64,000 bases of DNA from Antedon mediterranea (Eukaryota; Animalia; Echinodermata). Position numbers and translations under genes: made by a program. The stretch lies in assembly GCF_964355755.1 (NCBI RefSeq), contig NC_092677.1:6470101-6534100 (forward strand), given 5' to 3'. Numbering within the stretch: the first letter of the stretch is position 1; each line of letters starts with the position of its first letter. Below are positions 52,332 to 64,000 of the stretch, in pieces. The notes under the pieces were generated by a model. It had not been told where the DNA came from and did no database searches. It was given only the letters and a program-made list of their open reading frames with translations.

Positions 52332-52615
52332 CGTAGGTCTTCAGTTTGCAAAAGATCTCTTAGGTACGGTCGATCACTAATCCGGCTGCACTTATTGTTC
52401 CACCCAGACCTATGGTGATCGAGCCTTTGCAGTTGCAGCTCCTAAACTGTGGAACAATCTTCCTGATCCTATTAAAAATGCATCCTCTATCATAGTTTTC
52501 AAAACACTCTTAAAAACCCATATTTTTTTTTTTTGTAATTTCTTTCTGTTTTTTCTCTCAGCTTAGGGACAATCTTTTGATTGTAAAAGCGCTTTATAAA
52601 TCGAACAACATTAAC
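52332..52615 (+). mobile_element. 3' remnant of an L2/CR1-clade LINE
   Basis: Translates to TYGDRAFAVAAPKLWNNLPDPIKNASSIIVFKTLLKTHIF, the typical L2/CR1 ORF2 C-terminus, followed by an aaaagcgctttataaat 3' tail motif. Confidence 0.85.
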
Positions 52616-52849
52616 GTCATTAACAATCTATTTGAAGTTTTATTGAAGTTGTATGCTAATTATGATTTCTTACTGTGGATTGGCGATGGTATTAAGTTGA
52701 ATCATGGATTTTTTTTATAATTGGCCTAGCCTTTTACTGTTCACGTTTAGAATCAATTACTAAAAAAAATCAAACTTAACTTTTAAAATATATACTCCTG
52801 TCCACCAAAGATTCAATAGAACTAATTATATTGGGTTGTGAAATCTTAC

Positions 52850-53286
52850 GCCTATTTATTATTGATTTATAAATTAAAATATATTTAGCACGAAAATAAA
52901 GTACTGACCTTCAATATTATTTTTAATTAATTTTACTGATAGCCCAGTCTTGCATGCTAGGCTTAGTTGTTATGAAATTAATAGATTGAGCATTATTATG
53001 GTCATTTTATAAGTGAAAAATATTATTTTTTTCGCTTTTTTTACGGAAGTGATTAACTTGATTAAAATGACAAAATAATCTAATCAAAATCTGATTTCAT
53101 TAATCTTAATTTTTTCAGGTTTTTGGGAGACAATACATCTTTAAGCCTATTTATTATTGATTTATCATCAAAATATATTTAGCACGACGCTAAAGTACTG
53201 ACCTTCAATATTATTTGTTATTAATTTTACTGCTAGCCCAGTCTTACATGCTAGGCTTAGTTGTTATGAAATTAATAGATTGAGCA
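52850..53286. repeat. Approx. 140-bp direct duplication (52850-52993 and 53145-53286)
   Basis: gcctatttattattgatttat...aaagtactgaccttcaatattatt...catgctaggcttagttgttatgaaattaatagattgagca occurs twice. Confidence 0.85.
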
Positions 53287-54223
53287 GGATATGCTTCATT
53301 AGTTAGAATATTGCAGACAGGTGTTTCAAACGGCCCACTCTAAGCTGGAAATCAATCACTGAACGTCACCACCGTTCTTAATTATTTTGTATTCGCCGGC
53401 AAGCTAGCACCTGATTCGATCAACAATACCTATATTTACAGAGCCAGATTCTGAAGCTTCCATCGGGTCGCCTTTTACGCATGTGTGTTGATTATTCCGG
53501 AAATCATAAAGAACAGTTGTTATTATTATTGTACAAGTATACTTGTGAGTTAGTAGAAGCTCCGTGCATAGCAAAATAGCAGTTTACATAACCTGACAAT
53601 TTTCTTGTTTTTAACCAATTCCACCTGTAGTCGATGTTCATTAAATAGTTAGCGTTTCATTTCTTTAAATGATTGAATTCATTCGTGGTTTCAACAACAA
53701 GACATACCTGCCAGTCTTAGGTAAGTTGTTTTTTAATCGATGTATTTGCTAGTATTCTATGCTTTTTCTTTGATAATCTGCTATATGAAATACCATCGAA
53801 TGATGGAAAATTAGGACTGTCACTAACATTAGGCCGGCTATTTTAAGTCGTGAAAATGTTGTTTCGGTGAACATTATGAAATTTGTAAAAATATAATAGT
53901 CATGATTATAACTGTAGGTGTAGGTATCTAGATTTAGAAAATAATTAACCTATTGTATAGTGGTAGTCTACAGGAGAGGATACATTTCCACACCGAAGCA
54001 CTATGGCTGTGGATTATTTGCTCAGCCTAGCATGCATTATACTCAGTATTCTCTCTTTATTATGAGCATTCTCAATTCTCTATGTATGTTTTAATCAATA
54101 CAATGTTATTATTTTAGACTATGAAGATTGAATGACGTATAACCAAGCTGCATACATCACATTTCCTGTTAAAGATGTTCGTTTGATTGAAATTTAATAC
54201 TCGAACGTTTACTATGCGATATA

Positions 54224-54706
54224 ATGATTTCGATAAAAGTAGAGAAACATCGAAAAGCAGAGAAATCACCATCAACATCTCCAAAACATATTTCAAGAGC
54301 CAAGACTCCGTTTTGCGCACAGCCCCCACCCGTGCAACCAGAAATCATATCGTATCCGCAATGTAAACATCACAATAACACTTCAGTGTGTAAACCTAGG
54401 TGCTGTCTGGCCGCCAAGTCCCATGTAAATCGTAGAGAAGAACGACCCAGGTCTATCCTACAGTTGAAAAGTCTCACAAGTACGGAGGTTCAAAGCTTAA
54501 CAAGACCAGAAACGCGACCACAGCGGCCTCCATCATATTCTGATTCAAGAAGGCAAGATTATTTATTACAAAAGAATTTTGAGGAGATACGACGATGTCG
54601 ATATATTCGCCGTAAGGAAACGATGCAAGACTCACCCGATTCCCCTAAACAAACAAATATGGCACGAAAACCAATCAAGATTGGCAAAGTTAATTGGAAA
54701 AGTTAA
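54224..54706 (+). CDS. Unidentified basic, Pro/Ser/Arg-rich 160-aa protein
   Basis: Intact ATG-to-TAA ORF with higher GC than its flanks; candidate 5'-UTR intron (donor ag|gtaagt at 53721, acceptor ttttag at about 54117); motif QKNFEEIRRCRYIR. Confidence 0.6.
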   Translation: MISIKVEKHRKAEKSPSTSPKHISRAKTPFCAQPPPVQPEIISYPQCKHHNNTSVCKPRCCLAAKSHVNRREERPRSILQLKSLTSTEVQSLTRPETRPQRPPSYSDSRRQDYLLQKNFEEIRRCRYIRRKETMQDSPDSPKQTNMARKPIKIGKVNWKS

Positions 54707-55938
54707 CTAGAAAATCGTCTGCTTCAATGTGTTCAATGTGGCTATCGTCTTAAGTAACCATAAATGGAATACAACTAGAAAGAGTCACATTCACAAGTAC
54801 AACATACGATGCTTAACTATAATCTTGTGCTCAGAGATAACAGCTGCAAAATGATATTGTCTGGAGTGAGCACGAGTGCAATTGAACTAGTATATTAACT
54901 ATGGTTTCTATTTCAAATGCAACTAAATGCAATAAAAATTCACAAGTCCAATATGTATAATTTGTTGACGCCTAGAGCTATCGTTAAATCATTCGTTGTC
55001 GATAGAGAATAAATTAGGGCCACATTTCTGTTGTACGTAGAGAGTAAAATGAAAAGTAAAGTCAAGAAACCTGTTTGCATAAACATATGCATAATTCTCT
55101 AAGTGTAGGTTCATACCTGTTTCAAAACCCATTGATTGTTCAGCATCGTGATAATCAGCACTGTAGTTTAAAATATAGGCAATTTAATTATTATGATTTA
55201 ATACGGAGACTAAACGGATAATTTCTCATTGCATAATTAATATGTAAAAGTATTTACCGTATTCTATTTATTTATTTGTAAAGCGAGTTAAAAGTAACTG
55301 TAAGTAATAATTTATAGGCACAGTAATTAATAATATAACTATATATTTGCTTGAGTAATTTGTAATTCAAGTTTGTGAATTTGTATTTTGCGTTTGTGTT
55401 TTGCTATAAAATATACCGTATGCATATTAACTTAGCATTACAAAGGGGATGAAAAAAACAACTTTTTTAATAAATCCGATGGTGGTGGTACAGATATTAT
55501 GAGGAGGTTCACTAGATAGTCTTGGTAATATCGTCATAAATGGTCGAGAAGATTAATTTTGGGGCAAATCTAATTCAAACTGTAGTAATCACCATAAACC
55601 GTATGATAATTATGTTTACTGTAGATTTACTGTAGGCCTACTGTATATATTTATTTTTAAAAAATATCACATAAGTATCACATGTATAGCCTAACCTAAA
55701 TCATAATAGTAGCCTTAACTTTACACTTTACACATATTTCAAATTGTATTAATCCTGTTTCATGGGGTATTAAAACAGGGTTTCATCGACTAAGCCAGTA
55801 TTAAGGAAAATTCAATACATGTGTGTACACCCGACAGCTGCATAAGACATGTTGTTGCGTTCACTTCACTGTCGGCGTGATTGCCTGTCTATAGATAATA
55901 CACTGACTAGACCTACTATACATTGTTTTATATATTAC

Positions 55939-56482
55939 TTAAAGATGTATTGTCCCTTGAAACACAAAAAAATGAAGTTCAAAATATTCTAAATTTAAAG
56001 TGGCCATATCAAAGTAATATTAAAGTTATTCACTTTAAGTCGAAAATTCGAGCAAGTTTACGTAATTAACAGGTAAATTAGTTTGATTACATTTCATCTG
56101 GAAAATCGTCGCGAGCGAAAGTAAACAAAGATTTCAAACCATGAGTACGCATTATGCATATGCTAATTAGGATTGTTTACAACTCGTCACGGTTGAGAAG
56201 GTATTTTCAGACAGATCATAAGGAAGTTTTATGATTATGCATACAGAGTAGCCAAACAAGCGCGTTTCATTATGGGATATGTTTTGATCGAAAACTTTGA
56301 CTGGAAGTCAAAGTTATTTTTTTAACAAAAAAACGTCTGTATTTCAGTTAAATGATTTTGTTTTCGAAAAATGTTTGGTGATAGTAAATAATTATTATGA
56401 TACTTCAAAATGAGCCACCTTTTTCCAAAATCTTTTATTTTTTATTTTTTTGGAATTAGTCAAAGGAACAATACATCTTTAA
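55939..56482. mobile_element. TTAA-flanked MITE (Kolobok-like)
   Basis: TIRs ttaaagatgtattgtccc ... ggaacaatacatctttaa; solo right termini of the same family at about 18882-18895, 40850-40868 and 53128-53144. Confidence 0.85.
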
Positions 56483-58362
56483 TGACCTCAGTCGAATTCA
56501 GATCGGATTCAAGTATGGGAAAATAAATAAATTGAGTCACACGACTCAAAATTGGCCCTGTTCAATTAAGCATTCCCATATTATTTATCGATATTATCAA
56601 TCATATTATATTTTAAAATTTCGAAGATACACATACATAACATAGCCAATCACACAGTTCTGTTATTCATAACGATCAGGCAAATATGGAAGAAGATAAA
56701 TGAAATCTAATATAATTAGAAAATATAAAATTGTATTAAAAAATAATGTCTCAATAATCATTAGTAGGCTAATCTAAAATAAGATAGACGGATGATTGTG
56801 GATTATGATCATACAAATGGTCGGAGTGATATTGATATCGACTTTACACGTTACAGAACTCGATTGTGCTCACGGCTGACGTCCGGCCTAGCTACCTCAA
56901 ATTTAAGATTCACAATCATGGTGTTACTGAGGTTAAACCTAGGAGGTTAATCATATACTGAAATATCCCATCTCTGGCCTACAACTGTGTCCATGTTTTC
57001 TCTGATTTACATGTCGAGAAATAACAATGAAAAACAATCGTTCGTTCTCTCATAATAATATATTTAGACTACATTTTTTCGAGGTAAAACACCAATTAAA
57101 TGTCAGGTTACTTGCTTGCACTTTATAAAAACAGCACGTAAATAAACAACGGTATGCCCTCAACGTCAATAATTTCTTTTTCAATATCGATAAGCGGCGC
57201 TATAACAAACTGACGTCCTTTTCTCTTTTTGTGTTTTTTTCTTGCAAAACTTTTCATAACTTCTTTATTTGCATAAAAACATACAGAGTGCCCTCAACGT
57301 AAATAATGTCTTGTATGATGGCGCCATAACGAATAATCAGTGATGATCATCTCGTAATCAGGCTTAGTTAAGCTTTATTATAATCAAACTTGTAGATGCC
57401 GATTTGTGGAGAAGTTTTTTTAGATTTCAAAAATGATTGAAAAAATGATATGAATGTATATTCACCAGTTCTCCTTGATTTAATGCCATACGTCGGATAT
57501 GTTTTGCGATTGTAACTCGTGGCGGACATTGTAAATGTTGACTTTTGTATGTGATTAAAACTTGATAAACATTTTAGTAAACTTTTGATTTTAAAAAAGA
57601 CGAAATGACGAATTGTACTAGGCCTACTACTCAACTGTAACGATTTACCACTTTTATAAATGATTGATTTTTTTTTATAAATCATACGTTAAGTCACATG
57701 TTAAGACTTTCCAATATCGGATAAGTTCCATTTGTAATGAAATTTGCGCGTGTTTATTTTCTCCCATTTTAACAATGAGATGTATTTCAGTACATTAGGC
57801 CTACACTATATACTACCACAGGTTTTTATCTAGTCAGCTGCTGCTGACTGGATTCTGTTTCACACACGATACGTTTTTTCCCTTCTTTCCAAAATCGCGA
57901 AAAAGTCTACTAGTTTCAGACGCGACATTTTACGAACTCGCCACATGGTCTAACTTGTCCGGCTTATCTCTCCATCCATATCTTGTTCGTGGGGGCTTTG
58001 ATCGGAGGTCGGGAAGGTGGCCTAATTGGTCGATGTATATGCAAAACCACTGCCCTGTGATTATATTTTCGCACAGTTGGGATTGAGAAGGGCACCACCG
58101 AAGGTCATGCAATGCAATTATGTCATGCTAGATTCCAATTCCAATTGCAATAGATGTTTTTGATGCATTAAAAAAGCTGGTTATTCTGAAAAAATGGTTA
58201 ATTGGCTTAATAATAAACTTTAGATACAAATTGCGAGACGGGAATGTGAAAGTCGTTGACTTTTAAATGAGATAAAAAAAACAAAAAGCTAAAACTCCTG
58301 ATCAATGGTCACACAATTTATATAACTGGATTCATGTTCTATTGAACATAGTATCTCTAATT

Positions 58363-59367
58363 GGGTGTCTAGAAAACTCAGATCTAGAAAACTCAGATAT
58401 CAATATCTGAGTTTTCTAGTTCCAAAATGGAACTAGAAAACCCAGATCATCAAATGGATCGTTCCATTATTATTAGAGGGTGGCATATTTGAAATACTAC
58501 ACGTTTTCTTACTAATAATAATAATTATTTTAACTTGTAGTAGCAGCTAGCTACGACTTAAATCATAAAGTATACACCTTTTAAACTGTAGGCTTAGCAT
58601 TTAGGCCTAGCGATGCAAACTCAATTCAAGGCTCAACATGTGGGCGCTATCGCGATGTATCGCGAAGAGTAGGCCTGGTCTTACAGTACAAGGCCGTAGC
58701 CAGGATCTGTCAAGGGGGGCTCGGACACTAAATATTTGGGTCAACCGCAATCGGCAATTTCATTTGCAGCTTTTAGAAATTTACAGACACGTATCACTAG
58801 TTGACGCTCATACAGAAAAGAAGGTTCACGAACAAGTTTACGAATTTTTCAATTTACAAACAACTTTTTGTACTGTGGGGCACGTATTTGGAGGATTTTT
58901 GGAGATGAGGGTGAGGTATTGGGCATATGTCGTGGATGGGGGTTCGCAGTTGGTTAAGGGGGGTTTGCTGTAACTTGTACCTCAACCAACTCGTACCCAC
59001 ACCAACTCGTACATGCCTCATTTTTAAGCCTATATTTTAACGATAACATGCACTGTATTTTCTTTATGATTTAAGCCGTAGGCCGCTTCTACATGTTACA
59101 ATATTAGTAAGAAAACGTACACAGTAATCAGTTTTAATAATAGGCCTACTCTAGTATTTCAAATGACCTACCCGCTGATTAATAATGTAACGATCCAAAT
59201 GACCTACCAACCAATCAAATGATGATCTGAGTTTCCTAGTTCCATTTTGGAACTAGAAAAGTCAGATATTGATATCTGAGTTTTCTAGATCTAGAAAAGT
59301 CAGATATCTGAGTTTTCTAGATCTAGAAAAGTCAGATATATCTGAGATCTGAGTTTTCTAGACACCC
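58363..59367. mobile_element. Mutator/MULE-like foldback MITE with 9-bp TSD
   Basis: TIRs gggtgtctagaaaactcagatct ... agatctgagttttctagacaccc with internal subrepeats; perfect TSD tctctaatt at 58354-58362 and 59368-59376. Confidence 0.9.
58689..58973. mobile_element. Internally deleted, 3'-truncated copy of the 37970-39044 element, nested in the MULE-like MITE
   Basis: caaggccgtagccaggatctgtcaagggggg left end joined to sequence nearly identical to about 38774-38997. Confidence 0.9.
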
Positions 59368-60085
59368 TCTCTAATTGTGTGTGTGTGTGTGTAGGCTAAT
59401 GCGTTATATGTGGTATGATTAACCATGTATTTAGCTTAGCATGGCCATTCTGGCAGTTATTTCATTGTTGTTGTTGTAGATTTTAAAATAACGTGAATAT
59501 ATTCAAACAATTGTATTGTATGAATTCTTTTGAATATTTAATTTTTAGTGTCAAATGGAAAAAGCGAATAAGAAAGGTCTACTTTTGTGAATAATAAATG
59601 TGTGAGGCTTACAGAAAACGAATAATATATCTAGATTATTTGCCAAATAACCATAGAAAATTGATAAAGATTTAATTAACATTTGAAAAACCAACAAATC
59701 ATTCAACATAATTGGTTACAGAATTGATAAATCATAGATAGACTTATTGAACCAAGGCAATCTAACAAAAGGATGCTGAGTTCCGGGGACCAAAGGGTTT
59801 ATCTGTGGTTGCGACAAGATCAGTTCCACGCCCCTCTACAGACACCGCGCGTCGCGGAGATTATGTACATAGTACAGTACTGTTGGTATTTGTCCAAAAT
59901 AAGATCAAAAGACTTTTACGAGTTCTCATCTTGGCAAGGCGAGCTCAGTGTCCTGTTGTTAGATTGCCTTGATCATAGCTCCATGCCTTGATTGAACTAA
60001 TTGTGATTATAAATAATAGTAATTATTCAATTTCAAATGTACGTACTTTTTAACAATAAAACTTACCTAATAGGCCTACCAAACA

Positions 60086-60460
60086 AGTTATGTTAAACTG
60101 TTGTACACTCTACCGAACGAATGGAATCAATGTAACAAACAGGTAGGCCTAGTTGGTCCTCTTCTGATTCGAGTTATTTATGCTTCAGTGAATATTTTAT
60201 TGTATTATCAAAGAACTAAAAATAATTTTTATAATCTTCATAATAAATATGCATTAGTACTGACAATGTGTTAATTATTAGTTATGTTAAACTGTTGTAC
60301 ACTCTACCGAACGAATGGAATCAATGTAACAATTCAAACAGGTAGTTGGTCCTCTTTTGATTCGAGTTATTTATGCTTCAGTGAATATTTTATTGTATTA
60401 TCAAAAAACTAAAAATAATTTTTATAATCTTCATAATAAATATGCATTAGTACTGACAAT
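60086..60460. repeat. Tandem duplication of about 190 bp
   Basis: agttatgttaaactgttgtacactctaccgaacg...gcattagtactgacaat occurs twice. Confidence 0.9.
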
Positions 60461-61630
60461 TTACTTCACTTAAATGATTGTGAAATTCTATAGAAAAAAA
60501 CGGGGGAAAAAACCCTACAACAATATCTAGATTTCTAGGTTTTGGGTAGGCTAGGTTAGGATATACGATATGGCGTCTGTATGTAAATTATGAAGGAAAA
60601 AGTTCCAATAGAACTGGAAAGCCAAAACACAAACGGATGAATTTGAAAAGAAATAGGGTTTTCTACTAGGCTACTACTCGTATCAAAAAAACTGTACATT
60701 AAATCAAATTATGTTTTAAATTACACAAAAATTGTACAAAAATAAAGGTTTTTGGACAAGTAGTTCTCGAGAAAATGCAATTTTAGTTTACTTTTTACTC
60801 AAAGACTGTGGGAACCAAGATTTATATAAGGTTATAATAGTTAAATAAGTACGGGTTGGTGTTATTCTATGATACAAGACAACCAACTTTAATATAATAT
60901 ATAATAATAGGCCTATACTTATATTTTACATAATACATAGACCTATAAAATAATAACAAACCCCTTATTATGTTAATTTGTATTCGAATTATCTTCACTT
61001 GACCGTTTCTGCTTTACAGCAGACTTTAAGAACATTGGCCGCGCCACCATCTTTAATATTATAATCAACGAAAATTAAAAACATGATTAAAACTATGCTA
61101 AAATTATTAAAACTTTATTACCGATATAATACCAATATTATTTTTCTCAAACGTGGTTAACATAATTATTGAAAATGATTTATGACAAACGTGTTATGGC
61201 AAAGCACACTGGCAATATCCAACAACTAAAAAGAACAGAAAGAAACAAATAAAATCAAATTTAATTATGACATTGACAATTAAATGATATCCAATTTTGA
61301 ATAATATTTGTTTTGAAATTGCCTTTCATATAAGTCAACATCTTGTAGTTTTTTTGTTAACTTTAGTGTAATTATGTTTATTTTCTATGAACAAGAGATT
61401 GAGAAAAAAAAACCCCGATTGAATTGAATTGAAACAATTCAATTTAAAAATTGAGGCAGCCATAAGATGGCATCACAAATAGATTGTGTGATGCGAAAAT
61501 GTTGAGCAATTTTAAATCGCTGAAATGTCCTGAATATTAGTACCCTCGTGTGGAGTTAAACAGTAATGCAAATTTATTCTTAATTCATATATTTTTACTA
61601 CTGCATTAAAAACCAAAATATCTTTAAAGG

Positions 61631-62240
61631 CTTCGATGAAATTAAATAATTATGGTTTCACTCAAGGTTGTTATTATAATTGCTGGGTCTCAATTGTGAA
61701 GCAAAAGTAAAGGGCTAAATAAAAACGTTTTAGGTAAATCGGTCCGGTTGAGTGATCGTCGACCGTAGGCGTATGTTATATACTTTTTATTTAAATGCCG
61801 TTGAAGTTAGAATAACTACTTTTAATGACAAGAAGGATGCGGAAAAAAGTAGAATAGAAATAGTGTAAAATTATTTTAAGGTGTTTACAGTAGAATTATA
61901 AAATAGTCTATAATAAAGAATATTAGATATTTCCGAGATTTACAATTAGTTATGAGTTGCTAGTGTTTGGAGGTTGTAAATACAGCTATAATTTTAACTT
62001 TAAAAATGATGATATATATTCCTATTCATATAATTTTTCTACTGTATTACCAACCAAAATCTCTTCGATGAAATTAAGTAATTATGGATTCACAGGTTGT
62101 TATTATCAGTGCTGGATATCAACAGGGATGCAAATAATGATAAGCAAAAGTTTAAATCAAAACGGCGAAATGTTTTAGGTAACTCGGTCCGGTAGAGTTG
62201 TCGTCGACCGCCGTAGGCGTATGTTATATAATTTTTATTC
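61631..62240. repeat. Diverged direct repeat of about 165-175 bp (61631-61792 and 62063-62240)
   Basis: cttcgatgaaattaa...ggttgttatta...ttttaggtaa..tcggtccggt...tcgtcgaccg..taggcgtatgttatata occurs twice. Confidence 0.8.
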
Positions 62241-64000
62241 AAACTAGAGGGTGAGCTCGCTTTGCTCGCTCCTCTTCTAGGAAGTGTAGATTATGACTCA
62301 GGTAAAAAGGTTTTAGGACATTCTTGCCTGGACGTTTTCGGTCGGTTACTATTAGTTTAATGCTATATATTCATAAAACTAAACCTACTCACTAACCTGT
62401 TTTACAGTGGGTTAGATGGTTAATATTAATAACGTTTTACGTATAGTGTTTACAGGAGGGAAGGTCGCAGGACTATTTTAAGAGGGTTGCCCAAATAATC
62501 CAGGGCTGTAGACACTGAGTATTTGAGCAAGCTAATTGTTAAATGACACCCCTAGATGGCCGCAAATTGTACTCTCGCACGTAAAATCCATGATAAATTG
62601 CATTTTTAGTAAATTACCAATGGTTTAATTGAAGTCAACACTGTGACTAATCCCTCACTATTCAATCAAGAGTTTTTTATTTTACTACTATAATGTTAGA
62701 AAGTGGATTGCGTGATATGAAAATAGATTTGTAGTAAGATATAATAAGATACGTTTTTGTCTGGTTATTAGGTATTCATGCACTGATAAAGCGGAGAATT
62801 ATCTTTTTAGCGTTTCATTTAAAATAAATTTGTTAACAAAGAAATATTTTGGTTGTGAAGGGCGGTAAATTCGTTGGCGCCAGATGCGATAAAATACACA
62901 ATATATCTGAAACACCGTTATGTAGATTGTGTGTGAAATATGTGACATGACAGTTTACACAAATAAGAAATTAAAACACAATCGACCTCATATTACTATT
63001 GTAAAGAAATGTATGTTCCCATCGTAATTGACCCTCTTGGAACAATTTCAAAAAATGCAAAAAAAGATGGCATAAATGGTTAAGAGCTCAGATGTCGACC
63101 ATCCTGGAAACACTAGCACACATATATTGAGGAAGCTGTTATGTCTCTGGGGCTCTTATTTCGTTTCGTTTCCCAAGGTGAGACTCGATCTCGGTACCAC
63201 CGAGCCATGCACAACTGACTAAAAGTTGTAGAAAGATTCCTCCGTGTATTTACTATGCAACGTCACTTTGGATAGATTATTACATACTATGATTTTTTAC
63301 TATGATGACATCTTTAAAAATATATAAAAAAAATGATGCACTGTCAAACAATATACTTTTAAATTTAATATGAACATTTTTAAAGAAGAAAATTAATATT
63401 AAGTTTGTTATTTCGGCCTAAGAAAATGTTATAATTTGTTTGATTGTCATAATTATTTTTTTTCAATTTAATATGCAATTAATGATGACTTAATCAACCT
63501 TTGTTTTCTTAATTTCCATATTTACATATGATACACTTTAAGAAAATAAAATGCAAAATAGGTGTTCCCGAGCATTCTGAAGATCTATATTAATGTATAA
63601 CAAACTGACGTCCAGAGCCATATACATTAATAATAATAATTTATTTCGGAACTTCACTTTTGTAACAGTGGCACACTTCACATTTTAAAGGTGCGTCCAA
63701 CAAAAAATATATATAAGAAAGCACAAAAATAGACAAAAAACATAGTTAATCTTACTTAAACTACATACGGTAACATGTAATAAAACCCATTCATTCCCCT
63801 CCCTCCTCTTCTCCAAAAATAACAAGTACAACATATAAATTAAATACAGTGCATGATTATTCTTAATCTACAAAACCAATAACTAATCACCCCCACCCAC
63901 CCACCTTACGTACAACATGACGGAAATATAAATACAACAACATTTTTTCTCAATAATTACAATAGGAAAAATATAATAACCAGTGGTAACAAACAGAAAA

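Noticed and set aside
57900-58200. Possible transposase or gene remnant on the minus strand
   Set aside because: Short, stop-interrupted and without a recognisable motif.

Overview
AT-rich eukaryotic (metazoan invertebrate) genomic DNA with GT-AG spliced genes; a deuterostome such as an echinoderm is an inference. The first 35 kb is gene-dense: the 3' two-thirds of a trithorax/MLL (KMT2A/B-type) H3K4 methyltransferase (+), PIH1D2 (-), NKAPD1/C11orf57 (+), LRRC58 (-) and PEX19 (+), arranged as two head-to-head pairs. The rest is gene-poor, with an unidentified Ser/Thr-rich single-pass membrane protein (+) and an unidentified basic 160-aa ORF (+) among MITEs, SINE/LINE remnants, nested insertions and minisatellites. 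Exon boundaries were derived by hand and keep reading frame across every junction. The most notable observations are: (1) the same PIH1D2-NKAPD1 head-to-head arrangement as in human 11q23, here next to KMT2A; (2) TAGGCCTA/CTAG-rich patches in the first introns of all four divergently transcribed genes; (3) a candidate structured RNA and a uORF cluster in LRRC58 UTRs; (4) a tandem array of a tRNA A-box-like unit; (5) clean nested transposons with target-site duplications. No clearly novel multi-gene system is demonstrated.
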